Part shown: piece after piece, positions 1 to 15,243 of the stretch
How the letters are laid out: each line of letters opens with the position of its first letter
How positions within the stretch are numbered: position 1 is the first letter of the stretch
From: Eledone cirrhosa
Taxonomy: Eukaryota
Length of the DNA: 64,000 nucleotides
Reading direction: 5' to 3'
NCBI GenBank assembly: GCA_964016885.1
Contig: OZ024762.1
Span: forward strand, 16,244,001-16,308,000
Notes under the pieces: generated by a model
The model's input: only the letters and a program-made list of their open reading frames with translations
Databases searched by the model: none
What the model was told of the DNA's origin: nothing
Position numbers and translations under genes: made by a program

Positions 1-3000
1 ATATACATACATATGTATGTATATACATACATATGTATGTATATATACATACATATGTATGTATATACATATGTATGTATATATACATATCTATGTATAT
101 ACATATGTATGTATATATATATATACATACGTATGTATACATATACGTATTTATATATACATACGTATGTATATATATATACATATGTATGTATACATAC
201 GTATGTATGTATACATACATATGTATGTATATATACATACGTACGTATGTATATATACATACATATGTATATACACATACATGTATGTATACATACATAC
301 ATACGTATACATATGTATGTATATATACATATGTATGTATATACATATGTATACATACGTATGTATATATATACGTATGTATATATACATACGTATATGT
401 ATACATATACATACATATGTATGTATATATATACATATGTATGTATATATACATACATACATATGTATATATACATACATATGTATATATACATACGTAT
501 GTATGTATATATACATACGTACGTATGTATATATACATACATGTATATATACATACATCTGTATGTATATATACATATGTATGTATACATACATATGTAT
601 GTATATATACGTATGTATGTATATACATACATATGTATGTATATATATACATATGTATATATACATACGTATGTATGTATATATACATATCTGTGTATAT
701 ATACATATGTATGTATATATACATACATACATATGTATGTATACATACGTATATATATATATATATATATACATACGTATGTATACATATACGTATATAT
801 ATACATACGTATGTATATATATACATACATACGTATATATACATATATATGTATATATACATATGTATGTATACATAAGTATGTATACATACGTATGTAT
901 GTATACATACATATGTATGTATATATACATATGTATATATACATACATATGTATATATATACATATGTATATATATACATATGTATATATATACATATGT
1001 ATGTATATATACATATGTATGTATATATACATACGTATGTATATATACATACGTATGTATATATACATACGTATATGTATACATACCTATGTATACATAC
1101 ATATGTATATACATAGATATGTATATATACATATGTATGTATATACATATGTATGTGTATATACATACATATGTATATGTATGTATGTATACATACGTAT
1201 GTATATATACATACGTATGTATACGTACATAAGTATGTATACATACATATGTATGTATACATACATATGTATGTATACATACATATGTATGTATACATAC
1301 GTATGTATACATATGTATATATATATACATACAGATGTATGTATATATACATATGTATGTATATATTCATACGTATGTATACATACATACATATGTATAT
1401 ATATATACATACGTATGTATATATACATACGTATGTATATATACGTATGTATGTTTATGCATACATACATATGTATGTATATATACATATGTATGTATAT
1501 ATATACATACATATGTATGTATATATACATATGTATGTATATATACATACATATGTATGTATATGTATATACATACATATGTATATATATACATATGTAT
1601 ATATACATATCTGTATATACATACATATGTATGTATATATATATATATATATACATACGTATGTATACATATGCATACGTATGTATATATGCATACGTAT
1701 GTATATATACATACGTATGTATATATACATACATATGTATATATACATACATATGTATACATACATATGTATATGTATGTATACATACATATGTATGTAT
1801 ATATACATACATCTGTATGTATATATATACATACATCTGTATGTATATATACATATGTATGTATACATACTTATGTACGTATACATACATATGTATGTAT
1901 GTATACATATGTATGTATATATACATACGTATGTATATATACATACATATGTATGTATACATACATATGTATGTATACATACATATGTATGTATACATAC
2001 ATATGTATATATATATACATATCTATGTATATATATACATACTTATGTATACATACATATGTATGTATGTTTATGCATACATACATATGTATGTATACAT
2101 ACATATGTATGTATACATACATATGTATATATACATACGTATGTATGTTTATGCATACATACATATGTATATATATACATACATATGTATATATATACAT
2201 ATGTATGTATATATACATACATATGTATACATACATACATATGTATATATATATACATACGTATGTATGTATACATACATATGTATGTATATATACATAC
2301 ATATGTATATATACATACATATGTATATACATAGATATGTATATATACATATATATATACATAAACATATATACATATGTATATATATACATACATATGT
2401 ATATATACATACTTATGTACGTATATGTATACCTACATATGTATGTTTATACATACATATGTATGTATATATATACATACATATGTATGTATATATACGT
2501 ATGTATGTATATATACATATGTATGTATACATACGTATGTATGTATACATATGTATATATACATACATATGTATGTATATATACATACGTATATATATAT
2601 GTACCTATGTATATATATACATACATATGTATGTATACATATATGTGTGTATATATACATACATATGTATGTATATATACATACGTATGTATATATACAT
2701 ATGTATATATTCATATGTATGTATGTATACATACGTATGTATGTTTATGCATACATACATATGTATATATATACATACGTATGTATGTATATATATACAT
2801 ATGTATGTATGTATATACACATATGTATGTATATATATACATACGTATGTATATATATATATATACGTATTTATATATATACATATGTATGTATATATAC
2901 ATACATATGTATATATACATATGTATGTACGTATATATACATATGTATGTATATATACATACATATGTATGTGTATATACATACATATGTATGTATATAT

Positions 3001-6000
3001 ACATATGTATGTATGCATAAACATACATACGTATGTATATATACATACGTATGTATATATACATACGTACGTATGTATACATACGTACGTATGTATACAT
3101 ACGTACGTATGAATATATACATACATATGTATATATACATACATCTGTATGTATATATATATACACATATGTATGTATACATACATATGTATGTATGTTT
3201 ATGCATACATACATATGTATGTATATATACATACATATGTATGTATATATATACATACATATGTATATACATACATATGTATATATATACATATGTATGT
3301 ATATATACATATCTATGTATATACATATCTATGTATATACATACGTATGTATATATACATATATATGTATATATACATATGTATACATATATATGTATAT
3401 ATACATATGTATACATACATATGTATGTATACATACGTACATATACATATGTATGTATACATACATATGTATGTATACATACATATGTATGTATATATAC
3501 ATACATATGTATGTATATACATACATATGTATGTATATATACGTATGTATATATATACATACGTATGTATATACATACATATGTATGTATATATACATAC
3601 ATATGTATGTATATACATATGTATGTATATATACATATCTATGTATATACATATGTATGTATACATACGTATGTATATATATATATACATACGTATGTAT
3701 ACATATACGTTTTTATATATACATACGTATGTATATATATATACATACGTATATATACATATATATGTATACATACATATGTATGTATATATACATACGT
3801 ACGTATGTATATATACATACATATGTATATACACATACATGTATGTATACATACATATGTATACATACATACGTATGTATATATACATATGTATGTATAT
3901 ACATATGTATACATACGTATATGTATACATACGTATGTATATATATATATACATACATATGTATGTATGTATATATATACATATGTATGTATATATACAT
4001 ACATATGTATATATACATACGTATGTATGTATATATACATACGTACGTATGTATATATACATAAATGTATATATACATACATCTGTATGTATATATACAT
4101 ATGTATGTATACATACATATGTATGTATATATACGTATGTATGTATACATACATCTGTATGTATATATACATATGTATGTATACATACATATGTATGTAT
4201 ATATACGTATGTATGTATATACATACATATGTATGTATATATATACATATGTATATATACATACATATGTATGTATATATACATATCTATGTGTATATAT
4301 ACATATGTATGTATATATACATACATATGTATGTATGTATGTATATATACATATCCATGTATATACATATGTATGTATATATACATACGTATGTATACAT
4401 ATACGTATGTATACATACGTATGTATATATATACATACATACGTATATATACATATATATGTATATATACATATGTATGTATACATACGTATGTATGTAT
4501 ACATACATATGTATGTATATATACATACGTACGTATGTATATATACATACATATGTATATACACATACATGTATGTATACATACATATGTATGTATACAT
4601 ACATACGTACGTATGTATACATACATACGTATCTATACATACATATGTATGTATACATACATATGTATATATATATACATACAGATGTATATATATATAC
4701 ATATGTATGTATGTTTATGCATACATACATATGTATGTATATATACATACATATGTATGTATATATATACATACATATGTATATATACATATGTATGTAT
4801 ATATACATACATATGTATGTATATGTATATACATACATATGTATATATATACATATGTATATATACATATCTGTTTATACATACATATGTATGTATACGT
4901 ATGTATATATATATATATATATACATACGTATGTATACATATACGTATGTATATATATGCATACGTATGTATATATGCATATATACATACGTATGTATAT
5001 ATACATACATATGTATGTATACATACATATGTATATGTATGTATACATACATATGTATATATACATACATCTGTATGTATATATATACATACATCTGTAT
5101 GTATATGTACATATGTATGTATATATATACATAGATATGTATATATATATACATATGTATGTATACATACATATTTATGTATATATACATACATATGTAT
5201 ATATATATACATATCTATGTATATATATACATACTTATGTATACATACATATGTATGTATGTTTATGCATACATACATATGTATGTATACATACATATGT
5301 ATGTATACATACATATGTATGTATATATACATACGTATGTATGTTTATGCATACATACATATGTATATGTATATATATACATACATATGTATGTATATAT
5401 ACATATCTATGTATATACATACATACATATGTATATATACATATATATGTATATATACATACATATGTATGTATACATATGTATATATATATACATACGT
5501 ATGTATGTATACATACATATGTATGTATATATACATACATATGTATATACATAGATATGTATATATACATATATATATACATAAACATATATACATATGT
5601 ATATATATACATATGTATATATATACATACATATGTATATATACATACTTATGTACGTATATGTATACATACATATGTATGTTTATACATACATATGTAT
5701 GTATATATATACATACATATGTATGTATATATACGTATGTATGTATATATACATATGTATGTATACATACGTATGTATGTATACATATGTATATATACAT
5801 ACATATGTATGTATATATACATACGTATATATATATGTACCTATGTATATATATACATACATATGTATGTATACATATATGTGTGTATATATACATACAT
5901 ATGTATGTATATATACATACGTATGTATATATACATATGTATATATTCATACGTATGTATGTATACATACGTATGTATGTTTATGCATACATACATATGT

Positions 6001-6142
6001 ATATATATACATACGTATGTATGTATATATATACATATGTATGTATGTATATACACATATGTATGTATATATATACATACGTATGTATATATATATATAC
6101 ATACGTATGTATATATACATATGTATGTATACATACATATGT
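1..6142. repeat. Complex alternating purine-pyrimidine microsatellite (TA/TG/CA; ATAC/GTAT/ACGT motifs), runs off the window start
   Basis: Continuous tract seen directly; it generates all the YIHM/CIYT pseudo-ORFs. Confidence 0.98.
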
Positions 6143-7800
6143 AGTCTAGAGATATAAGGGTATTAATGTATGTAGGTTTATATCTTTATACCTGTGTAGT
6201 GTAACTTCTAAATCTACCATGAAGATATGCTTTATATACACGAAAGTGTTTATATGGTGAGTATGCCTGTCTAGAGGAGAACAGGGTAACTGTGTACATA
6301 TGGTTCTACATACTGTACTCTATTGAACACAACTTCTATATATAATGGGGGTATATTATAGACATGAAGTAAGCTATGTGTGTATGTAAAGAACATTAGG
6401 TTTCTTTGTATTTATACAGTTAGCTCTCTTGCTTCTTAGGAAGCCTGTATACGTTCTACAGTGAGATGCTTATACACAACCAGAAGAACAATAGTAGTAG
6501 TTTCCTAAGAGACGTATGTGTAGTATCTAGCGAGGATGTATTGATATGTATGTACAGATCACAACCTCTTATCTTATATATGTATGATGTTCACTCCCAG
6601 GTTTCTACATACACGTGTATAGTATAAGGAGACACACACACAATGTAGGTTTAGATATATTCTATAGAATACAGTTACTTATATACAGAAGTGTCTACAT
6701 AGATGTTATTTACCTGTATATGGAGATGGCTTGTTTATCTAGGTAATAACATTTCTCCTGTATAGAGGGGATTTATTTATATAATATGAAACTAGTTAAT
6801 AGTGACGAAAGGTTTTTGTCTTCCTACAGTGGAAGAGGTGTATATAGTTATATGTCTAGTGTGTGTGTGTGTACATACAGGGAATAAATAATAAAGCAAC
6901 AAAGAAAAAGACTGGTTTATTCTTTTATTTCACAATTTATTTACCTTTCTTCTTGAAATAGGGATGTAGTTGTCTCCAGGTCTGGTGCTTCTTTCTTAGG
7001 AATAAAAAATAGGTTAGTTGTGTATATATAAAGGTTTAGTTTTGTATCTAGTGAAGAACGTTTATATATGGATGATGTAGCTATCATGATGCTAGAAGTA
7101 GTAGTAAGGAGTTTTACGGCAGAGGAATGGAGCTACCATGCTTCGTTAGATATAAAATATAGCTGTATGGTTTAGCTTCTATATACAAATGTTTAGTTTC
7201 GTGTCTATTATTCCAGTATAAACAAGATTGTATATTGCGCCTCATGAGTATCTGTTGAGATAAAAGGGAGACCGTTTATATATGAATATAGCTTCATGTG
7301 TACGTATGTCCCTAAGATTCTTCCTCTACATGGTGAATGTTTAGAATAAATATGCCTGAAGTGTTTATGTATTTACGTGAAAAAATGTCTTCTTGTATAT
7401 AGAATATCTGTCAGTGTGTATTCAGATATAAACGATGGTATAAGGTTTATATACAGAAGATAATAAAACGTGTATAGAGAGGAAGCTTGGTTATATTTCC
7501 TTACAAGTATGTATCGAGAGAGGATTTAGTTGTCTCATAACAAAGTAAAGTAACATGTTGGAAGAGGTAGCTGTGTGTGTATACAGATCATGTTTAGTTT
7601 TGTTTCATAATAAAGGAGGGTAACATGTATGTTTAGTTAGAAGAGGTAGCTGCGTATATATTTAGTTATGATTCTCAAAATATATACGTTTAAATAGGAA
7701 GAGTGTTTGTGTATATAAATGTAGCTATATGTGAGTGTTTAGAATAAATTTAAAAGACATTACAAGTTATGTGTATTTTTGTGTCTCAATAATATCTGTG
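6143..7800. repeat. Highly degenerate AT-rich tandem-repeat-derived sequence
   Basis: Recurring motifs tgtttagttt, gaagaggtgtatat, atgtagct, tctagag; similar sequence at ~8880-9470 and inverted at ~10800-11035. Confidence 0.5.
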
Positions 7801-8028
7801 AGTGTGTATATACGGCAAATAAGACTTTACATACCTCTTTACACGAACGTATAATCCAAATATCAGTAATAGTCCCAGAGTAAATAGAATGATGTTACAG
7901 CTTCAATACACTGAAAAGAAATGTCAACAAAGGAAGAAGAGTTCCACAAACCGGAAGTAGTTCAATCTCAACAAAGGGCAAATAATTCAAATCAAGGGAG
8001 ATAACTCTCGTCAATTTTTTTTTTTGGC

Positions 8029-8190
8029 AAAAACTCATGCGAGGGGGAGAGCAGGCCAGCATAAAGCCAGCCTGCAACGGTCCCGGCCGACCCCCGCAAC
8101 GATTCGAACTTCAGACACGATCGAGTGGTCAGCCATACCGAAGTACGACAGCGAAGCCAGAAACGCTACGTGCAGCGCCACGCACAAGCC
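8029..8190 (-). ncRNA. Candidate Pol III tRNA-like small RNA gene, copy 1
   Basis: TATAAGTA ~27 nt upstream, A-box-like TGGCGCTGCACGTAG, B-box-like GTTCGAATC, GTAC-TTCG-GTAT hairpin, complementary ends GCTTGTGCG/CGCATGAGT, then TTTTT. Confidence 0.45.
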
Positions 8191-8254
8191 GCAATTCTAC
8201 AGAGTCAAATAGTCATACTTATAGCTAAAGTTTTCTTTCTTTTTTTAAAAAAAA

Positions 8255-8320
8255 AAGAAACGGAAAGAAAGCGAGATAACACGACATATTCCGAGTGTTA
8301 TCTCGCTTTCTTTCCGTTTC
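8255..8320. mobile_element. Internally deleted MITE-like hairpin (~27-bp perfect stem)
   Basis: agaaacggaaagaaagcgagataacac ... gtgttatctcgctttctttccgtttct; related to the ends of 9984-10168. Confidence 0.6.
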
Positions 8321-9787
8321 TCTCTATATAAATATAACAGGACATCTAGCCATTAAGGAACTGCTAGTATTTTGTACATATATAACGGAATATGTAGAAA
8401 CGGGTTGACTTATATAGGGAGTCAATAGTTTGACCATTTTCGCCCACTTCTCAGACATAAGATAGGGAGGAGGGTCACCTTATATTCGAGTATTTTGTAC
8501 ATCTATTCTTGTTAGACTAGACCGGCATCATCATGGGTAGAGCCGACCAGGTGCTACTGCGTTGAACGAGAGTAAGGCTGTGGGCTGATGCGTCACTGTG
8601 GTGGTCCCATCTGATGATTTAGATGGTCCTCAGGGCTCTGCTGTTAATCGTCTTTGTGAGGGGCCACGTTTCTGCTCCATAGAGGAGAAGACTGATGCAT
8701 CTTTTCAGAACAATTAATATGTAGGTGACATAGCCTTAGACAGCTCTGTATTTGTAATGGTTAGTATCGATTTGGGTAATCTTAAGACCATGATTCCAAT
8801 CATCAATATATGTATTGATTAAACCTAAATATAGTATATAAAGAAGTGGATCTTAAAATATGCAATGATAGTGTCGAGAGAAGGCTTAGTTAGTTACTTC
8901 TAACAATGTACCACTATGAATAAGACAGAAGGTTTTGTTTGTTAGAGAGAAGGCGGTGTATGTAGATAGAATGTTTAGTTTTCCTGAGTATGAAGGGGTT
9001 TTAGTTATTATTCTTAGTAAAAAGACGGTTATATTATACATATACGTCTCTAACATTCCTCCTGTATATAAAGGGTAGTAAAATATATTCTTGTGTCTCA
9101 GGAATAACTACGTGTTTATCGATGAATTTAAGGGACAACTAAAACATTGCATACCTCTTTAGAAGAATGAAGGTGTATATATAAATGTAGCTTTATATGT
9201 GTGTATATATCTAGATAGGAAACGTTTCTTCCAGTGTATGGATTAGAGAGGTGAATGCATACACTAAAGAAAGTTAATATATATATCTAAGACTGTATTT
9301 TCGAGTGTTCAGCAATAAATTAAAATATACATGGCAAATAAAGCGTTCGTATAGGTAAATTAGAGGGTATTTTACCTCAGCTAAAGAACATTTATATATA
9401 TAAATCTAGTTTTGTGTGTGTATTTAGGTTTAAATAAAACAATATGTACGTCTCTAAAATCTTTCTGTATATAGAATAATTGTTTCTACTTTTGACACAA
9501 GGCCAGCAATTATCCAGTGTATTACTGGTACTTTATTTTATCGACCCCATAAGGATGAAAGGCATATAGAATAATGTATGTCTGTGAGTGTATATACGGC
9601 AAATAAAACATTACATACCCCTCACCATTAGTATAATATCCAGACTGATTCTATCAAATTACACGAGTAAATGCAAACGATGTTAACAGTTCAATTCAAT
9701 AAAGAAAAATGACAACAAACGAGAAGAGTTCCAATCAGGGGCAAGTAATTCAAACGAAGGGGGATAACTCTCAGCGAATTTTTTAGT

Positions 9788-9918
9788 AAAAAATTCAATG
9801 CATAAAGCCGGGCTGGCCCCGCAGCGATTCGATCTTCAGACACATAGAATGGCCATGCCATACCGAAGTACAACAGCGAAGCCCGAAACGTTACGTGCAG
9901 CAGCGCCACGCAAGAGCA
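9788..9918 (-). ncRNA. Candidate Pol III tRNA-like small RNA gene, diverged copy 2
   Basis: Same TATAAGTATGACTA upstream motif, TGGCGCTG, GTACTTCGGTAT, TCTGAAGATCGAATC and T-run; part of the diverged direct duplication ~7790-8380 / ~9580-10215. Confidence 0.4.
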
Positions 9919-9983
9919 CAATTCTACTGAGTAAATTAGTCATACTTATAGGTAGAATTTTATTTATTTAAATAAAATATATA

Positions 9984-10168
9984 TAGAAACGGAATGAAGG
10001 CGAGATAACTGAGGGCGTGGAGAAATATCTCTTTCTGAATATATTTCGTATGGTGAGAGTTGAGATCTCTACCGAATGATTATCAATATTATACTTCGTC
10101 TCCGAAATATTTTCAGAAAGAAATTACTTTTTCACGACCGTGTTACCTCACTTCCATCCCGTTTCTAT
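9984..10168. mobile_element. MITE-like element with imperfect terminal and internal inverted repeats
   Basis: tagaaacggaatgaaggcgagataac / gttacctcacttccatcccgtttcta, TA-flanked; internal tttctgaatatatttcg / cgaaatattttcagaaa. Confidence 0.6.
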
Positions 10169-11037
10169 ATGTAACAAGTTTAAACTACTAGTATTTAATA
10201 CATATATATATACAGAACAATAAGTATATTTACTTCAAGATAGTAATGTTTATGTTAATACAGAAAATAAAAAATGCAAACCATCGATCTTAGTAATTAG
10301 TATCAATCACTAATTATCTATTTTGGTAATAAGCATCTTAAGACCATGATTTCCTTCATCGATATGTGATTAGACCAAAATTTAGTATAATATATAAAGA
10401 CTGTTCTCAGCTTATGACCAATTTGCTTGGTGTTAAGTGTCTGAGAGTACAAGACTCTCCCTGGATAGTACGCTGGTCTACCACAGGACTAACTCCTCAG
10501 CTGTGAGTACTGGAGCAATGTGATGAATGCAGAACTTCCAAACTGTGAGAGTTACATGTATGCATGGACCTGCAACTCCTAAGGGAGTCATACAGGCCAC
10601 ACATTGTCATACAGTATTTCTAGGGCACTTTTTAAAACCTGGCAGACCCATCTCCTCTCCAGGTCAGAATACAGCAGATTTCTTCCAGAGAAACAGAAGA
10701 ATCAACCTCAATACTAGACTGGTATTTTGTTTTATCAACCTCAAATGGGTGAAAGGCAAAGTTGACCTCAGCAGGATTTGAATTCAGAGAACTGAAGGCA
10801 TTCTGTTACATTCATATATACATACTTACTTTGTCTAATAAACAAAACATCTTCTCTCTACACACACACAACATATAAAGCTACATTTATATATACCTCT
10901 TCTAAGAAATTAAACCTACTCTAGACTTACACGTAGATACAGTTATATATAAATACTTACCTTGTCAAATAAACACAACTAAATCTTCTCTAGACAGTCA
11001 CACAAAGCTACATTTATATAAACATTCTTCTCTACAA

Positions 11038-11100
11038 ACGAGAATCAGCTGAAAAGCTCATAGGCTGACTTTGAAGGAGTGATGCTAGAACTGCAAGATA
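11038..11100 (+). mobile_element. Degenerate mariner left-end fragment
   Basis: gctgaaaagctcataggctgactttgaaggagtgatgctaga matches the mariner end at 15110. Confidence 0.6.
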
Positions 11101-11592
11101 TTGTGGTTAGGTTCATTATCATAGGACTTGGTGGAGCAACCAACAATCACTGCCAACTCATGTACAACTTTATGATGTTCGTGATTCATCGGTGAAAAGG
11201 AATGACTCTGATAGTTCTGTTTCATGTGAGGAAGACTAAAAGGAAACCTTCAGAGTGTGCATTGAACAATATGAGATATTTCTAGAATGTAACTAATGCT
11301 AACTTGAATCATCCTTGGACATCATCATACATGGTATATATATAGTGTGTTTAGTACAGTGTAGTTGTAGCTAACTAGGTATTTGGTTTTATGAAATGAA
11401 AGGGACAAAAAAAAAAAACTATATATATACACTGATACTTCAATATGTTATAAGCAATCCAATACCACTGTTGGATACATAGAGTGCTTCATCCTGCTTA
11501 CACCAAAGTTTATGGATTAAGGTGGTGCAAACACAACACTTAAATAAAGGAAACAATATATGGCCATAGTACAGAAAATTCTTATAATATAC

Positions 11593-11633
<41 letters not shown>

Positions 11634-11635
11634 CA

Positions 11636-12225
11636 TCTCAGGCTGGATTCTGTTGAGGGTCTTTGCCACAAGTGACATCAATGAGATTACTCTGTAGTTG
11701 TTCATGTTAGAGAGATCTCCCTTCTTTGGTACTGAGATGATGTTAGTGATCAAGGGCAACCTTCTCCAGTGCCTGGTTACAGAACTCCAGGATGATATCA
11801 TCAAAATCACACCTCTTCATCACTTTTGATGCCTCTCCATCTTCTCCATGGGTCTTGATCTTCTTGGTTCTCTGAAGCCCCTCGCTGGCGAAGGTCTTGT
11901 CTCAATAGCCAGTTCCTCAAACAGCTGTCTGATCTCTCTGGTATTCTGGGCTGTCGAAGGTGGCTCTCCTAGTAGGGTCTTAAAATGGTCCAGCCTCTTC
12001 TTACCCCCAGATCTAACTCAAACTCCCTCTCTTTCTTCCTTTAATCTCGTTGATCATCATCCAGCTCTCTTTACACTTACACCTGTCCACCGCTCTCTCT
12101 ACACTCTGGCAACATATATGTTGATGCCCTAAGGACAAACACTGGTCTCTGGGAGAGATGGAACGATGATGGAGAACAGAGACCACTGGAGAGAACTCGT
12201 CCATGGATCTCGGGAATTTTACCTG
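11636..12225. mobile_element. RTE-type LINE remnant (family 2): RT fragment on minus (11636-12110) abutting a 3' end on plus (12112-12225)
   Basis: IISVPKKGDLSNMNNYRVISLMSLVAK on minus; the plus part matches the 3' end of 29955-30430. Confidence 0.75.
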
Positions 12226-12659
12226 CTCTCTTTCTCTCTCTCTCTATATATATATATATACACTGACCTCCTACAAGGTTACATCTCAAAGGAGGTTTAC
12301 ACCAGTTCTTTTATCCCGAAACTTTTTCAGGAACTGTGGACAAGGAGTTTCTTATGGTTGTAGGTTTTTTGAAAGGGGAAAAATAACAGAAGGCAACACA
12401 TAAGGTGATTGTCGTGTGAAGGTGGAAGATTGGTAGAGCAATGGACTCCCTGGACACTGGTAAGGCTAACTTAGAACAGGATGGAAAGGTATCCATGGTG
12501 AGTGAAAAACCTAACCATTGTTTCAGCTACAGCAGCAGAGGAATTAAGTTATGGTGGGTTTGAAGAAAACAGAGTGGGATGTCTTCAATGTAGTGACTAT
12601 ATAGACCAGAGGCTTTCAACATAACTGATGAGTGTTTCAGTGGAGACCAGCAACCTCTG

Positions 12660-12955
12660 AGGAGCAGGGACTATAGTAGTAGAGATAGAATATGCAGAGG
12701 GAACGGCATATTTAGGGGCTGGGGAGAAGCAGAGACCACTGTAGTAGAGGTAGACTAGGTAGAGAGGGAACAGCATATTTAGGGGCTGGGGAGTGCTAGT
12801 GAGGAGCAGGAACCAGTGTAGTAGAGGTAGACTAGGAAGAGACGGAATAGCATATTTAGGGGTTGGGGAGGAGCAGAGACCATTGTAGTAGAGGTAGAGA
12901 GGGAACAGCATATTTAAGGGCTGTGGAGGAGCAGAGACCATTGTAGTAGAGGTAT
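12660..12955. repeat. ~55-70 bp minisatellite, about 4 imperfect copies
   Basis: Repeated cagcatatttaggggctgggga...cagagaccattgtagtagaggta. Confidence 0.8.
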
Positions 12956-13609
12956 AATGTGCAGAAGGAGGAGAGACAATAAGTGTGGACCAGAGCCTGT
13001 TGAATTGTTGATAAAGCTGGAGTGTCATCCCTTAATGTAGCAACCTTGTCAACATGAATGTCCTTGGGGGATAAACCCCCTTTCTACAGGTACTTGATAA
13101 TACCACGATGCCAAATTTTGTCCATTTTCAAGAGGCCATTACTAATTACATTTGAAGTCCTCTTTCAACAGTCAGATGTCAGTTTACTTGGAAAGAAACA
13201 ATGCAGTTATTAATAAGAAGGCTTGAAATTAATTCATGCAAGATTTCCCAGCTCTAGCATCAGTCCTTCATAGTCAGCCAACCTTCGTACTTCTGCTGGG
13301 TCAAGCCCGACGGGGGCTGACGTCTTAAACAAGCCCCAACAAATAAGAAAGATTTAGAAGAGAATATACTACTTACTAGATATTCACACAAAAGTGACAT
13401 TAGAATTATTGCTGGAAATAGCAGCCAAATATTTATCGCTCGCCACGTTTTAAAATAATGAAGGACACATTAGAAGATGTAGTTTTAGATAGTCATATAT
13501 ACACATATTGGTCAACGCTGGAATCTCATTGATTCTATATACATAAGTCGATTCTCAGAGGACCTATTCAGGTTATGGGAACTGTTTGTCGCCCGTGCAA
13601 AAATTTGGC

Positions 13610-13668
<59 letters not shown>

Positions 13669-14370
13669 ATATACACTTATATATGTCTGTATGCATTTTG
13701 TTGAGGTTTAAATGGTGAAAATTTCATAAGGTAGCTATTGTTTACTTTCATTGACAAGTCAGACCTGAGCGATCAAGACATATATTTACATATACGTAAT
13801 CAAAATAAAGACATTGTTACACAGATAAAATATAAAAGATTGTATTTACATGTGTCACAGCTAATTCACCTCCGTAATTCTTAGGAAACATGGCTGCTAT
13901 TTCTAGCAAGTGGAGCGTAGACGTAGAGACATGTTGCTGTTGTTTACTTTTATTCACAGGTCTTGAACGAGCAAGACAAGATGACCCGACATGTGTGTAA
14001 TCGATGGTATACCTGCCGTGACCATCCTGTGTTTATATGATTATCAAGGTACCCACATCTACATCGTTGAATGCACCTTTCATTGTTTTAAAAGGGGTTG
14101 TAGAAGACAGAACATCTGAGGTTGAGAGGCCGGAGATCGTCAGTGAGTGGCTTTAAATTAATTAGCCATGATTCTATGAAATAAAGAAGCGAAATCACTT
14201 TGAAGAAAAATAGGAGAACAATAGTAATTATTATGAGGCCGGTGTAGCGATTACATATTGCCCTTTGTTTACTTTAACCACTCCCGACAGCACGGTAATT
14301 AGATATTCAGATTACAGGGAGGTGTGGGATGGAATTAATTATTTTATTTATTTACCTATATCAAACAACA
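12720..14370. repeat. Arm A of a ~1.5-kb inverted duplication (partner ~23070-24547)
   Basis: For example accttcgtac 13281-13290 is the reverse complement of gtacgaaggt 24085-24094; near-identical throughout by eye. Confidence 0.92.
12997..13290 (-). mobile_element. Mariner 5' fragment with pseudogenised transposase N-terminus
   Basis: Reverse complement of 24086-24379. Confidence 0.8.
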
Positions 14371-14373
14371 ATC

Positions 14374-15243
14374 ATCACTCCTTCATAGGCTGACCAAGAT
14401 ACTCTCATGGAATGACCAAATGAGATTTATTTTTCAACATGCAAGATTTCACACCCTAGCTCACTCCTTCATAGTGACCCTATGAACTTTTAAGCCTACC
14501 TTCGTATATGTAAACAATGTATTTATTTAATATACAAATAATTACTATTGCCACAGTTAAAAAATGTACAAAAAATACTTTAAATTCAGTTTTTAATTCA
14601 TGCAACAATTCTGTTAAAGAAATTCGAAATAATTTTTGCACCCATTTTTGCGATTAAGTAAAGACGGAGTTATCGTTCTTGAGATTTCGGCTCGGTGAAA
14701 TTTAAGGAACTGATGTCGCTAAATCGCCAAATCATTTACCTGCCCCGTTGCCTCATGGGAGTGTAATGGCTGCCTTTTATTTTTTAAACGATGGCAGATT
14801 CTTTAGTTTCTTTCGCAGCATCTTGTTCCTTGTTTCATATAAGTAAATAATTAAAACATTTCGACGAGAAAGATATTAAAAAGACTGCCATGGATTTTGA
14901 AAGATAAAAGGCAGCCATTACCCTCCCATGATGCAACGGGGCAGGTAAATGATTTGGCGATTTAGCGACATCAGTTCCTCAAATTTCACCGAGCCGAAAT
15001 CTCAAGAACGATAACTCCGTCTTTACTTAATCGCAAAAATGGGTGCAAAAATTATTTCGAATTTCTTAGTAATTATTTGTATATTAAATATTTACATTGT
15101 TTGCATGTACGAAGGTAGGCTTAAAAGTTCATAGGCTCACTATGAAGGAGTGATGCTAGGGCTATGCAATCTTGCATGTTGAAAAATAAACCTCATTTGG
15201 TCATTCCATGAGAGTATCTTGGTCAGCCTATGAAGGAGTGATG
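14374..15243. repeat. Imperfect fold-back inverted repeat, axis ~14840
   Basis: 14617-14780 pairs with 14904-15067; 14374-14547 pairs with 15068-15243. Confidence 0.9.

Noticed and set aside
13-6157. Very long ORFs (up to 1255 aa) rich in Y/I/H/M/C/V/T
   Set aside because: Alternating purine-pyrimidine repeats rarely form stop codons, so most frames are open; not genes. The same applies to ORFs at 19167-22403, 31153-32112 and 34803-35433
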